Shown here one piece after another: positions 6,474 to 16,592 of a stretch of DNA of 34,735 bases. The stretch spans positions 1-34,735 of the forward strand of contig CAYMJO010000004.1 of NCBI GenBank assembly GCA_964391305.1, in the 5' to 3' direction. The stretch comes from an uncultured Candidatus Saccharibacteria bacterium (GTDB lineage: Bacteria; Patescibacteriota; CALEFQ01). The notes beneath the pieces were generated by a model. The model was not told the origin of the DNA and ran no database searches. It saw only the letters and a program-made list of their open reading frames with translations. The stretch's first letter is position 1. Each line of letters begins with the position of its first letter. The translations under genes and the position numbers were made by a program.

Positions 6474-8696
6474 TTATTGTCCCTTTACGAAATCGCACTC
6501 TTTATTCGAACATTTGATTTTTTTGCCTGCGGCAAAAACGAGCAATGATTTGCATTTTGGGCAGACTTCACCGTTTGGCTTCTGCCAAAGGGCAAATTCG
6601 CACTCGGGAAACTTGTTGCATGCGTAGAAAGTACGTCCCTTCTTACTTCGTTTCTCGATGATATCGCCATTGCCGCACTTGGGACACCCTGCGCCGGTCT
6701 TTTTCTCTATGGGTTTTATGCCCTTGCATTTTGGATAATTGCTGCATCCGAGAAACTCTCCGTATCTTCCTCTTTTGACTTTCATTTGCGCCCCGCATTT
6801 ATCGCACTTCTCGTGCGCGTATTGTTTTTGCAGGGCGTCTTGTTTTGCTTTCTCCTCGGCGAGCGGCTTTGTGTTTTTGCAGGCTGGATATCCGGAACAT
6901 GCCATGAATTTTCCAAAGCGTCCCATCTTGATTACCATAGGCTTCCCGCATTTGTCACATGTCTCCTTCGTCTTTTCCTCTGTCAGTTCTTTTTTGGAAA
7001 CTTCTTTGTCTTTCTTTTTAAGATTTTTTTTGAAAGGCTCGTAGAATTCTTTGATGACCGGAACCCATTTTATTTTTCCGTTTGCGATATCGTCGAGCTC
7101 TTTTTCCATCTGTGCCGTGAATTTCAAGTCAACGATCTTTGGAAAGTGTTCGACCAAAACCTTGTTCACGAGCTCTCCAGTTTCCGTGGGCTCAAATTTT
7201 CGATCGTCGTTTTTCTTGACGTAGCCTCGCTGTTGGATTGTAGAGATTGTCGGCGCGTAAGTCGATGGTCTTCCTATGCCTTGCTCTTCCATCGTTTTTA
7301 CAAGCGATGCTTCGGTGTATCTTGGCAGAGGCTCTGTGGAATGTTTATTAGAATGCAGCTTTAGAAGCTTTAAAATTTCCTCTTTTTTTAAAATGGGGAG
7401 AAGTTTTTCTTTTGTATCGGTTTTATAAATTTTTAAAAAGCCGTCGAATTTGATGATGGATCCCGTTGCTCTGAAAAGATAATTTTTTGCAGAGATATCT
7501 ACGGTCGTTGCATCCATAATGGCTTCTTTCATTTGGCTTGCGGTCATTCTTCGCCAGATGAGATCGTAGAGTTTGAACTGCTTCGGATTCAAGTATTGCC
7601 TGATGCTATCGGGAGTTCTTTCAATAGAGGATGGTCTTATCGCCTCGTGAGCCTCTTGTGCGAGCTTTGACTTCTTTTTGAAAAATCTGAATTTTTCCAG
7701 ACCGTATCCATCTCCGTATTCTTTTTTTATAAAATTTTGAGAAGAGGAGAGAGCTTCTTTTGATAAATTGACAGAATCGGTTCTCATGTACGTTATAAGG
7801 CCGATGGGTTTTCCCTCTCCAATTTCTATTCCTTCGTAGAGTTGCTGTGCGATCATCATCGTTTGTTTGGCCGAGAAATAAAGCTTCTTTGCGGCTTCCT
7901 GTTGCATTGTTGAAGTCGTAAATGGCGGAGAAGGGAATTTCTTTCGCTCGTTTTTTTTAATTTCTGTGATTTTGTACTCTGCGTCTTTAAGATCGGATGT
8001 TATTTCTTCTGCTTGTTTATTGTCCTTTATATCTAATTTCTTGATTATTTTTCCGTCTTTCTTGGCAAGCTTTGCTATGAATTTATCTTTTTTGGGGGAA
8101 TCTTTCTTGCCGAGCTCCGCTTCAATTGTCCAGTATTCGTCGGGTTTGAACTTTCGGATTTCATTTTCGCGATCGACAATCATTCTGACCGCTGCGGATT
8201 GGACGCGTCCAGCGGAGAGTCCCATGCGGACCTTTTTCCAAAGGAAGGGTGACAGTTCGTAGCCGACCAATCGGTCAAGAACTCTTCTTGCCTGTTGCGC
8301 GTCTACCAAATTTTGATCAATTTCTCTCGGATTCTCCAACGAATCAGTGATTGCCTTTTTTGTTATTTCGTGGAAAGCTATTCTTTTGGAATTTTCTTTT
8401 TTTGGCTTCAGAAGGTATTTCAAATGCCATGCGATTGCTTCTCCCTCGCGGTCTTCATCCGTTGCGAAGTATATTTTGTCCGCGTCCTTAGCGTGTTTTT
8501 TTAAAATAGAAACTTGTTTTTTTGAGTTTTCGGGGACTTCGTATTCCGGCTTGAAGCCGCTTTTGATATCGATCCCCATATTGTTTTTTGGCAGGTCCCG
8601 GATATGACCATATGAAGAAATAACAGAGTAGCCTTTGCCGAGGAAACGTTTGATAGTTTTTGCCTTTGTGGGGGATTCTACGATTACTAAGTTCAT
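6474..8696 (-). CDS. topA: DNA topoisomerase I with C-terminal Zn ribbons
   Basis: IVESPTKAKTI, ATDEDREGEAIAWH, SAGRVQS, ITYMRTDS, AHEAIRP, GIGRPSTYA, repeated C4 ribbons. Confidence 0.98.
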   Translation of the reverse strand: MNLVIVESPTKAKTIKRFLGKGYSVISSYGHIRDLPKNNMGIDIKSGFKPEYEVPENSKKQVSILKKHAKDADKIYFATDEDREGEAIAWHLKYLLKPKKENSKRIAFHEITKKAITDSLENPREIDQNLVDAQQARRVLDRLVGYELSPFLWKKVRMGLSAGRVQSAAVRMIVDRENEIRKFKPDEYWTIEAELGKKDSPKKDKFIAKLAKKDGKIIKKLDIKDNKQAEEITSDLKDAEYKITEIKKNERKKFPSPPFTTSTMQQEAAKKLYFSAKQTMMIAQQLYEGIEIGEGKPIGLITYMRTDSVNLSKEALSSSQNFIKKEYGDGYGLEKFRFFKKKSKLAQEAHEAIRPSSIERTPDSIRQYLNPKQFKLYDLIWRRMTASQMKEAIMDATTVDISAKNYLFRATGSIIKFDGFLKIYKTDTKEKLLPILKKEEILKLLKLHSNKHSTEPLPRYTEASLVKTMEEQGIGRPSTYAPTISTIQQRGYVKKNDDRKFEPTETGELVNKVLVEHFPKIVDLKFTAQMEKELDDIANGKIKWVPVIKEFYEPFKKNLKKKDKEVSKKELTEEKTKETCDKCGKPMVIKMGRFGKFMACSGYPACKNTKPLAEEKAKQDALQKQYAHEKCDKCGAQMKVKRGRYGEFLGCSNYPKCKGIKPIEKKTGAGCPKCGNGDIIEKRSKKGRTFYACNKFPECEFALWQKPNGEVCPKCKSLLVFAAGKKIKCSNKECDFVKGQ

Positions 8697-8805
8697 ATCT
8701 TTTTAAAATTCGAAACACGAAGCACGATTCCGCCGCGGCGGGATCGATATTCGGATTTTGGATTTTTTGTCAAAAACATCTTGAACTATCATTTTTTTTA
8801 AGTCT

Positions 8806-9903
8806 CTATGTGTTTAGAATATAGTTACCAGCTCCAACTTGCTGTACAATTCCTTTTAACTCCATAATTGATAGTGTACTTGATATAATAGAAGCGTCAA
8901 GTTTGGTCAAGTCGGCGAGTTTGTCTCTATGCGTTGGTTCTTTTGATAAAGCCTTTAGTAGACTTTCTTCTTCCTTCGTTTCCGGCAAAATTTTCTTTGC
9001 TTCTTGTTTTCCTTTTACGTTTTCCAAATTTAATTCTTCAAAAATATCGTCAACGCATGTGACGGGCTTTGCGCCTTTTTTTATCAACATATTCGGCCCG
9101 TCAGATTTTCGAGAATTGATATTTCCGGGAACGGCGAACACTTCGCGGTTCTGCTCAAGTGCGAGAAATGCGGTGATCAAAGCTCCGCTTTTTTTGCCGG
9201 CTTCGGTTACAAGCGTTCCAAGTGAAAGCCCGCTTATTATGCGGTTTCTTGCGGGGAAATGTTGTTTAACCGCGGGCATGCCAAGCGGATATTCTGACAA
9301 AATTGCCCCGTTCTTAATTATTTCCTCCGCGAGTCCGTAATTAGCTCTAGGATAAATGTCATTTCTGCCGACTCCGGATCCAAGCACGGCAATGGTTCTT
9401 CCGTTTGCGTCGAGTGCCGCCTTGTGCGCCAAAGCATCGATTCCGATCGCAAGCCCGCTTACGATTGTAATTCTTTGCGATGCGAGTTCTCGTGAAAGCT
9501 CAAGCGTCGTGAGCTTTCCATACGGTGAGAGCTTACGTGTTCCGACGATTGCAATTGAGAAATCATCTTGCTTTGTAAGTGTACCACGAAAGTATAGGAT
9601 TTGTGGAGCCGGATAAATCTCTTTCAGAAGTTTTGGGTAAAGTTTTTCTTCGATTGTGATTGTTTTTATTTTTTCTTTTTCAAGCTTGATGAACTCTTTT
9701 TCAGGATCTATACCTTGTTTTTTATGGAAGATTTTTTCTAAAATTTTTTCTTCGAAGCCGGCGTTTCTGAACTCCGAAAGTTTTCCACAATTCCACGCGT
9801 CGGATAATTTTTTAAAAAATTTTTTCAGTTTAAAAATTCTGACGGGACCGATGTCTTCGATTAGATTAAATGCGTTATAGTATATTTTTTCGTTTTCGTC
9901 CAT
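8806..9903 (-). CDS. dprA: DNA-processing protein DprA
   Basis: AIVGTR, IVSGLAIGID, FPARNRIISGLS, SGALITA, REVFAVPG, C-terminal winged helix; adjacent to topA. Confidence 0.96.
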   Translation of the reverse strand: MDENEKIYYNAFNLIEDIGPVRIFKLKKFFKKLSDAWNCGKLSEFRNAGFEEKILEKIFHKKQGIDPEKEFIKLEKEKIKTITIEEKLYPKLLKEIYPAPQILYFRGTLTKQDDFSIAIVGTRKLSPYGKLTTLELSRELASQRITIVSGLAIGIDALAHKAALDANGRTIAVLGSGVGRNDIYPRANYGLAEEIIKNGAILSEYPLGMPAVKQHFPARNRIISGLSLGTLVTEAGKKSGALITAFLALEQNREVFAVPGNINSRKSDGPNMLIKKGAKPVTCVDDIFEELNLENVKGKQEAKKILPETKEEESLLKALSKEPTHRDKLADLTKLDASIISSTLSIMELKGIVQQVGAGNYILNT

Positions 9904-10031
9904 AAAAAAATCCTCGTTTCGGAGGGTTTTTTATTATATTAGCATATTTTTTCTTCGTATTCAAGCTGTCTTTGAAATTTATACGAATTGTTTGAGAATT
10001 TTTAAGAACTGGCATTTTGCGCATTCGTATA

Positions 10032-13000
10032 TTATTCGCACAAATTTGCCAATGTATGTATTAGCTTTTCCATGTTGAATTTGTCTAGCTCGCACTTCGC
10101 CGTATTTTCCCTCTTTTGCCACTTGGGATTTTGTTGTATGAGCTTGTAAAATTTTTTATCGCTCAATTCTCCTGCAAAGCTTAGGCTTAGCACTTGCTTC
10201 CTCGTGCCGTCAGTCTTCTTTTTTATTTTAGTGTCTATGCTCAAAATCCTTGCTTTTTGCGCGAGCAGTCTCAGTTTTGTGATTCCAATTAGGTTTCTTA
10301 CAGGTTTTGGCAATTCTTTTTTATTATGACAGAATCGCGAATCGAGGATCATATTGCCAACGATGCTTTCCGATTGTTCTTGGTCTTGAACACTTGCGAG
10401 CTCTTGGTACGCGCGGAGTCTTTTTGCTTCGGTTGCAAAAAAGTCTTTTGGGATGAATGCGTCGATCGGCAAATCTATGGTCACATCTAGCTGTGGTTCC
10501 GCTATTTTTCCAGTCTTCAATTCCTCAACGGCCTGATATAGCAGGCGAGAGTAAAGCGAAAGCCCGATCGCGTTTATATTGCCATGTTGTTCTCGGCCAA
10601 GCATATTTCCGGCGCCGCGAATCTCGAGATCTCGCATCGCGATATCGAATCCTGCGCCAAGTTCATTGGCCGCAAGCAGTGCCTGCAAACGTTCTTTTGC
10701 TTTTCCCTTCAATTTTCTGCCTTTGTAGAAAAAGTGCGCATGCGCTTTTCTATGTCCTCTGCCGATCCTTCCTCGGAGCTGATAAAGCTGGGACAGTCCA
10801 AATCTTGTTGACTCGTCAACTATCAAAGTATTTACGTTCTCAATATCCAAGCCGCTTTCTATGATAGTTGAGCAAACCAAGACGTCAAATCTTTTTAAAT
10901 AAAAATCGTGCATGACTTTTGCCAGTTTTTTCTCTGGCATTTGTCCATGTGCGGTCTCAAATTTTACCTTCGGTAGAAGCTCCCGCATTCTTTTCGTGAA
11001 GATGTCGATCGTTTCCACTCTGTTATGGAGCAAGTAAACTTGTCCACTTTGGTTGATTTCGTTTTGTATTGCTCCCACAAGTTTTCTCTCGTTGTATTCT
11101 ATGATATGCGTGTCTATGGGCTGTCTTCCCGGCGGAGGGGTTTTTATAGTGCTTATGTCGCGGATTCCCACGAGTGAAAAATGCAGGGTTCTTGGAATCG
11201 GCGTTGCCGTCATGGAAAGTACATCGACGTTGTTTCGAAGCTTCTTAAGCATTTCTTTATGTTCGACGCCGAAACGCTGTTCCTCGTCAACTATTATTAG
11301 TCCGAGGTTTTTGAAGCTGACATCTTTTGAGAGAAGCCTGTGTGTTCCGATGACTATGTCGACATCTCCTGATTTCAGTCCTTTGATGATTTTGTTTTGT
11401 TCTGATTTTGTTTTGAATCTGCTTAAAACCTCAATTTTGAGATCAAAGTTATTCAGCCTTTTTTTGTATGTGTTATAATGCTGTTCGGCGAGAATAGTGG
11501 TTGGGCAGAGCATTGCGACTTGCTTTCCGTTCTGCGTTGCTTTGTGAGCCGTTCTTACCGAAATTTCAGTTTTGCCAAATCCGACATCTCCGACGAGTAA
11601 GCGGTCCATTGATTTTTCTTTTTCCATATCTTGTTTGATTTCTTCCGTGACTTTCCGCTGGTCAGGAGTATCTTCATATTTGAACGAGCGTTCGAGCTCA
11701 ATCTGTTCTTCGGTATCAGCTTTGTAGGTATGTCTCGTTGCCATTTCTCTCTTTGCATAGAGTTTCAGGAGTTCGCCTGCGATCTCGCGCGTTTTTTCTT
11801 TGATTCTGTATTTCACTTGGTTCCAGAGCGCGCCGTGCAATCTATGGATCGGCGGATTAGCGCAGCCGATGTATCGGCTAAGCTTGTCCGCGTATTCGAC
11901 GGGCACATAGAGCTTGTCTTTCTCCGCGTACTCGACCACAAAATATTCTCGTTTGCCTTCGTCGATCACATTTTTTTGCATTCCGATAAATTTGCCAATG
12001 CCGTGATCTATGTGAACGACATAATCACTGGGCCTTATCGAGGTAATGAAGTCGAGGTTCGTCTTCTTTCTTGCTTTTTCCTTTTGTTCTTTTTCTCCGA
12101 AAATTTCATAGTCTGACAGAAAAACTTTTTTCGAGACGGCATCGACAAATCCTAGAGAAACGTTCTCTGGCATTTTTATATTTATTGTTCTAAATTTTTT
12201 GGATTTGTTTTTTGAAAAAATTTTTATCTCGTATTTATTTTTTTTGAATTCGTCGAGCTCTTTTTTAAAAAACTTTATATTTCCAAAATAGAGATGAGGC
12301 GGCAGCAAGTCGAGATTTATATTTCCCTTCTCAAAATTTTTGAAAATAATTTGCTGGTTTTTTGGTTCTTTTAAAAGGAAAGATTCGTCAGTTATAATTA
12401 TTGCCTCTTTGTTCTTTTTAAAAAAATCAAAAATGTCAGAATTTCCCATTATGGCTTTATTCGGAATTATTTCCGTGTTTTGCAATTTTGTTCCATGTTT
12501 TTTTGTTTTTGGATCGAAGTATGAGATGAGTGTGATCTTATTTCCCATAAATTCTATTCGAATTGGCCATTTCAGATTTTTCGGAAAAACCTCCACGATG
12601 CCTCCGCGCTTTGCGAAAAATCCATGCTGGACCGCGGAGTCCGTGAACTCGAAGCCGTTGTCGCTTAAAAATTGCAGAAGCTCTTTGCGCTTGATTTCGT
12701 TTCCTTGTTTAATTTTAAAAATATTTTTTTCGAAAATTTTTGGCGGCGCGACTTTTTCGCTCAGAATTTCTTTTGAAAGCAGGTAGATTTTTGAGTTCGG
12801 ACTTTTTTTCAAAATCTCGTATTGCAATTTACTGTCTAGTTTTTGAGCGTCTGTTATTTCAACTTCTCTTTTATTCAAAAAATCTTTCCAGAAATTAAGC
12901 CTTTTGTGAATTTCATGAAGTTCTTTGAGATTTTCCGTGAACCAAAAAACAGGTCTATTCTCTTTTATGCGGGGGTTTATGAATAGCCTTATTACGAGAT

Positions 13001-13085
13001 ATGGCTTTGCGGATTTACAGACGCCAGATATGGTTGTTTTCGGTTTTGTCCGTAAAGCCCTTTTAATTTTTGTAATGTCGTCGAT
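10032..13085 (-). CDS. mfd: transcription-repair coupling factor Mfd (start uncertain: first canonical start is TTG 12878, frame open to 13103)
   Basis: VVHIDHGIG RID domain, GDVGFGKTE, DEEQRFGV, TATPIPRT, QLRGRIGR, DLEIRGAGN TRG motif. Start at ATC 13085 is inferred. Confidence 0.93.
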   Translation of the reverse strand: MDDITKIKRALRTKPKTTISGVCKSAKPYLVIRLFINPRIKENRPVFWFTENLKELHEIHKRLNFWKDFLNKREVEITDAQKLDSKLQYEILKKSPNSKIYLLSKEILSEKVAPPKIFEKNIFKIKQGNEIKRKELLQFLSDNGFEFTDSAVQHGFFAKRGGIVEVFPKNLKWPIRIEFMGNKITLISYFDPKTKKHGTKLQNTEIIPNKAIMGNSDIFDFFKKNKEAIIITDESFLLKEPKNQQIIFKNFEKGNINLDLLPPHLYFGNIKFFKKELDEFKKNKYEIKIFSKNKSKKFRTINIKMPENVSLGFVDAVSKKVFLSDYEIFGEKEQKEKARKKTNLDFITSIRPSDYVVHIDHGIGKFIGMQKNVIDEGKREYFVVEYAEKDKLYVPVEYADKLSRYIGCANPPIHRLHGALWNQVKYRIKEKTREIAGELLKLYAKREMATRHTYKADTEEQIELERSFKYEDTPDQRKVTEEIKQDMEKEKSMDRLLVGDVGFGKTEISVRTAHKATQNGKQVAMLCPTTILAEQHYNTYKKRLNNFDLKIEVLSRFKTKSEQNKIIKGLKSGDVDIVIGTHRLLSKDVSFKNLGLIIVDEEQRFGVEHKEMLKKLRNNVDVLSMTATPIPRTLHFSLVGIRDISTIKTPPPGRQPIDTHIIEYNERKLVGAIQNEINQSGQVYLLHNRVETIDIFTKRMRELLPKVKFETAHGQMPEKKLAKVMHDFYLKRFDVLVCSTIIESGLDIENVNTLIVDESTRFGLSQLYQLRGRIGRGHRKAHAHFFYKGRKLKGKAKERLQALLAANELGAGFDIAMRDLEIRGAGNMLGREQHGNINAIGLSLYSRLLYQAVEELKTGKIAEPQLDVTIDLPIDAFIPKDFFATEAKRLRAYQELASVQDQEQSESIVGNMILDSRFCHNKKELPKPVRNLIGITKLRLLAQKARILSIDTKIKKKTDGTRKQVLSLSFAGELSDKKFYKLIQQNPKWQKRENTAKCELDKFNMEKLIHTLANLCE

Positions 13086-13164
13086 AGATTCTCTTTGATT
13101 ATTCTAGATTATTCTAGGATGTTAGTTTGTTTGATGTGCGATGTCAAGAGTGATGACGTGTTAA

Positions 13165-13740
13165 TCAGGGCGTAAGTTGATTAAGAATTTCTTGTTTTTG
13201 TTTTTCTAAAATTTCAAGTTCTTTTTTTGAAAAATTTGACAGGACATATTTTGCGACGAGTTCTTCTTCCTCTGGCGTCTTCGGTTTTTCAGACATTGGT
13301 CTTCCGATGCCAATTCTGATTCGTGCGAACTTATCAGAGCCAAGCCCTTGAATTATTGATCGAAGTCCGTTATGTCCTCCCGCGGATCCTTCCGTTTTTC
13401 TTTTGACCTCGCCAAGCTTCAAATTTATGTCATCGTGAATGACTAAGATTTCTTCAGTCTTTATTTTATGAAAATTCGCGACGGATGCCACGGATTTGCC
13501 GCATTCATTCATGAAAAACTGTGGAAGACAAACGATGATTTTTTTATCATCGGCAATTCCTTCCGCAACGATAGCGTTGAAGTTCTTATTAAAATTAAAT
13601 TCGCTTAAATTTAAATTTGGGAGAGCACCGATTTCTCCAGCGATCTTCGCTCCGATGTTGTGCCTTGTGTTTTCGTACTTTTTTCCAGGATTTCCAAGGC
13701 CTATAATCAGTTTAATTTTTTTTATATTGATAGTTTGCAT
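13165..13740 (-). CDS. pth: peptidyl-tRNA hydrolase
   Basis: GLGNPGKKYENTRHNIG, FMN, VIHDD, GGHNGLRS, RIRIGIGRP. Confidence 0.97.
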   Translation of the reverse strand: MQTINIKKIKLIIGLGNPGKKYENTRHNIGAKIAGEIGALPNLNLSEFNFNKNFNAIVAEGIADDKKIIVCLPQFFMNECGKSVASVANFHKIKTEEILVIHDDINLKLGEVKRKTEGSAGGHNGLRSIIQGLGSDKFARIRIGIGRPMSEKPKTPEEEELVAKYVLSNFSKKELEILEKQKQEILNQLTP

Positions 13741-13743
13741 TAT

Positions 13744-15600
13744 TTATTTTGCGCTTTCCTCTCCAAGTATGATCACAAAATCTACATTTTCCTTAGCGCC
13801 GTTCTTGTCTGCCGGTGCCTGTTCGTTTAAAGCGTCGGCATCGAGATCTTTCGCGAGCTTCTCAAGCTGTTTTGGCTTTTTGCCACCGGTGTTGTCGTAA
13901 ATGACAGTGTGTTGTCTGTTTTGTTCTGCGGCGTTGCTGAATGTCGTTATGCCGTATCCTTTGTTTCTCAACATATTGGTGTTTTTTGATGCAAGGCCGG
14001 TGAGTGTTGTGCCGTTTTGGATGGAAATTGTTGCCGCTGTATCCTCTTCTTTCTCGTTTTTTCCTTTTTTCGTTTCTGCTTCCGCTTCCGTTTCCGTTAT
14101 TTCTTCTTTGCCTTTTGATTCTTTGTTCTCGTTGGGTATTTCTAGAGCAGGAATTTCTTCGAGACTGTCTGTTTTACCTTCTTCAAAAATATTCACCACA
14201 AGCTCTTGGATTTTTCCATACTCTCCGAATCCGTCAACTGGAATCAAAGTGTATGCTCCTTCGGGAGTCGTGTAAGTTTTCAAATATTTTTCATTTGAAA
14301 TAACTGCGGTTTTTACATTATTTATTTCAAAGTCTTTTGTGAGTTCAAATAATCGCAGGCCTTCCCACATTTGCGCATTGGTCGTGATATGCTTATCCAA
14401 AGCATTGAATAAGGCATTGAGCTTTTGCGGGTTTGCGACGACGCCCGTTGACAATGATTTGTCTTTTATTGCCGCTATCAATTTCTGTTGGCGTCTTGCT
14501 CTTGCGAAATCGGAGGCTTCGTTTTTTACTTTGTTTTCCGGATCTTTGTCCGTAATGACTCCATGTCTTGATCTTGAGTATTTCAGCGCCATATCGCCGT
14601 CTAAGTGTTGTATCCCTCTTTTGAATGCCACGGTTTGATAGCCGTAATCTTCGGTGGGATACTCTTTGTCTATAAAGCCGTTCTCTATATTGACATCCAC
14701 GCCCCCAATGCTGTCCACAATTTCGCTGAAACCTTCAAAGTCTATTCTTAGATAATATGGTATATCCAAACCTGTAATCTGTTCGGCTACATTTTTGACA
14801 TATTTTGGACCCTGATCTTTGCCGGCTTGCGTTTCTCCGTAGTGGTTTATTTTATTTATTCTGGAGTATCCGAACTCTTGGGTTTGAATCCACATATCTC
14901 TTGGCAAAGATATCATCGCTATTTGTTTAGTTCCGGGCTTTATGCTTAGGACTATGATAGAGTCAGTCAGGAATGCACCGTCATGTCCTTCGCCTCCCAT
15001 GCCGAGCAGAAGAACGTTGATTCTTTCCTCGTTTTCGCCTACGAGCTTATTATCCCTTGCAAGCATTAGGTGCTTTATCTGTTCCAGAGTAGATGTTCCT
15101 TCTTTGTTAAAGATATTTGAGCCTGTGAAAAAAGCTCTGCCAAACAAAGCTACACCTAAAAGCAGTACGATAATCAGGATAGTAATTGCGGACTTGACAA
15201 GCTTCATCCATTTTTCTGGGGACACCGCGGATTTTTTTTCTGGCTCTTTCGAAATCTTTTCTTCATTATCAAAAATTTGCTCAACTTTGTCGTGTTCTTC
15301 CCAAAGATCTTTTGGTTCATCGGATTTTGAGAACAGCGGCTTGAAAGCGGGAGCTTTTTTCTTCTGGGGAGCGGGACGGGGTTTTCTTGCCATATCTCCC
15401 TTTGTGTTTTTGTCCACAGCTTTCATTGTCTGCGGTTTTTTCACGGAAGAGTCAAATGCGGTGGGAACTTTCTTTTTGCTTGCTGTCCGGGGCTCTTTTT
15501 TCGCAGAGGGCTTTTGAGTTTTTGCATACCTTTTAACCTCCGTTCTTAGTTCGATGATTTCAGGTTTGTTTTTTTTGTTTTTTATGTCTAGATAGCGCAT
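13744..15600 (-). CDS. LCP (LytR-CpsA-Psr) family protein with one TM helix and C-terminal LytR_C domain
   Basis: INVLLLG, TDSIIV, SLPRD, YSRSRH, SDFARARRQQ; C-terminal IQNGTTLTGLA...DFVIILG. Confidence 0.9.
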   Translation of the reverse strand: MRYLDIKNKKNKPEIIELRTEVKRYAKTQKPSAKKEPRTASKKKVPTAFDSSVKKPQTMKAVDKNTKGDMARKPRPAPQKKKAPAFKPLFSKSDEPKDLWEEHDKVEQIFDNEEKISKEPEKKSAVSPEKWMKLVKSAITILIIVLLLGVALFGRAFFTGSNIFNKEGTSTLEQIKHLMLARDNKLVGENEERINVLLLGMGGEGHDGAFLTDSIIVLSIKPGTKQIAMISLPRDMWIQTQEFGYSRINKINHYGETQAGKDQGPKYVKNVAEQITGLDIPYYLRIDFEGFSEIVDSIGGVDVNIENGFIDKEYPTEDYGYQTVAFKRGIQHLDGDMALKYSRSRHGVITDKDPENKVKNEASDFARARRQQKLIAAIKDKSLSTGVVANPQKLNALFNALDKHITTNAQMWEGLRLFELTKDFEINNVKTAVISNEKYLKTYTTPEGAYTLIPVDGFGEYGKIQELVVNIFEEGKTDSLEEIPALEIPNENKESKGKEEITETEAEAETKKGKNEKEEDTAATISIQNGTTLTGLASKNTNMLRNKGYGITTFSNAAEQNRQHTVIYDNTGGKKPKQLEKLAKDLDADALNEQAPADKNGAKENVDFVIILGEESAK

Positions 15601-15971
15601 ATTTAATTAAACCCAAACAATTAAGCTCTTTTCAGCTTTTTTGCGAAGAAATAATTTTTACAAAATAATTATATAACAAATACGAACAAAGTGCAAAATT
15701 TTTCAAATCGCTTTTTGTTCGCATAGGTAAAATAAACTTTGCATTTTTACTGTGTTGTGATAAAATAAGCGCGTAGTCTTGATTTATAATTAAAGCCTAT
15801 CTGAATTTTAGGTATATGTTTTAGTTTTGTTTTCAGGGAACTAAGGTTAAAAAGCCTTCGAAAATAAGAGTTTTTGTTTAATTGAAGGTTTTTGGTTTTG
15901 TCTTTGCCTTTTTCCGTGTTTTATGAGAGAGGCATTGAGAGCAGGATATTTGTGATTTTAAATAGATAAAT

Positions 15972-16568
15972 ATGTTTACATTTGATAAAAAAGAGATGAA
16001 TAAACGAGAAGGCGCTGACATGAATTCAGGCTCTTTTATTTGGGAGCTTATAAAAGTTGTAATTATTGCCCTTATAATTATTATTCCTGTACGTTTTTGT
16101 GTTGCACAGCCTTTTACAGTCAACGGTGATAGTATGAAGGACAATTTTCACAACAAAGATTATCTGATCGTAGATGAGTTATCGTACAGGTTTAAATCTG
16201 TTGAGCGTGGAGATGTCATCGTGTTTAAATTTCCGCAGAATCCGAAGGAATTTTATATAAAAAGAGTTATAGGTCTTCCTCTTGAAATAGTCAAAATAGA
16301 GGATGGCAATGTTTATATCTGCAACAATGAATATCCGGATTGCTTCAAATTGGACGAAAGTGATTATTTGTCTTTGTACGAACGTACTCCCGGGAATAAG
16401 GAGATAGAAGCGGAAAGTGGCAGCTATGTCGTGTTGGGGGATAACAGAAATGCGAGCTCTGATTCTAGAAGTTGGGGAACGCTGGACAAAAAATATATTG
16501 TGGGTAAAGTTGTTTTTCGTGCTTGGCCATTCGATGACTTTGGAATAATACATGGCTTGACTTATTAA
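15972..16568 (+). CDS. lepB: signal peptidase I (start may be 15996 or 16020)
   Basis: TM helix then VNGDSM (catalytic Ser), YIKRVIGLP (Lys), GDNRNASSDSR. Confidence 0.95.
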   Translation: MFTFDKKEMNKREGADMNSGSFIWELIKVVIIALIIIIPVRFCVAQPFTVNGDSMKDNFHNKDYLIVDELSYRFKSVERGDVIVFKFPQNPKEFYIKRVIGLPLEIVKIEDGNVYICNNEYPDCFKLDESDYLSLYERTPGNKEIEAESGSYVVLGDNRNASSDSRSWGTLDKKYIVGKVVFRAWPFDDFGIIHGLTY

Positions 16569-16592
16569 TGACATTAATAGAATAGTAAACTT

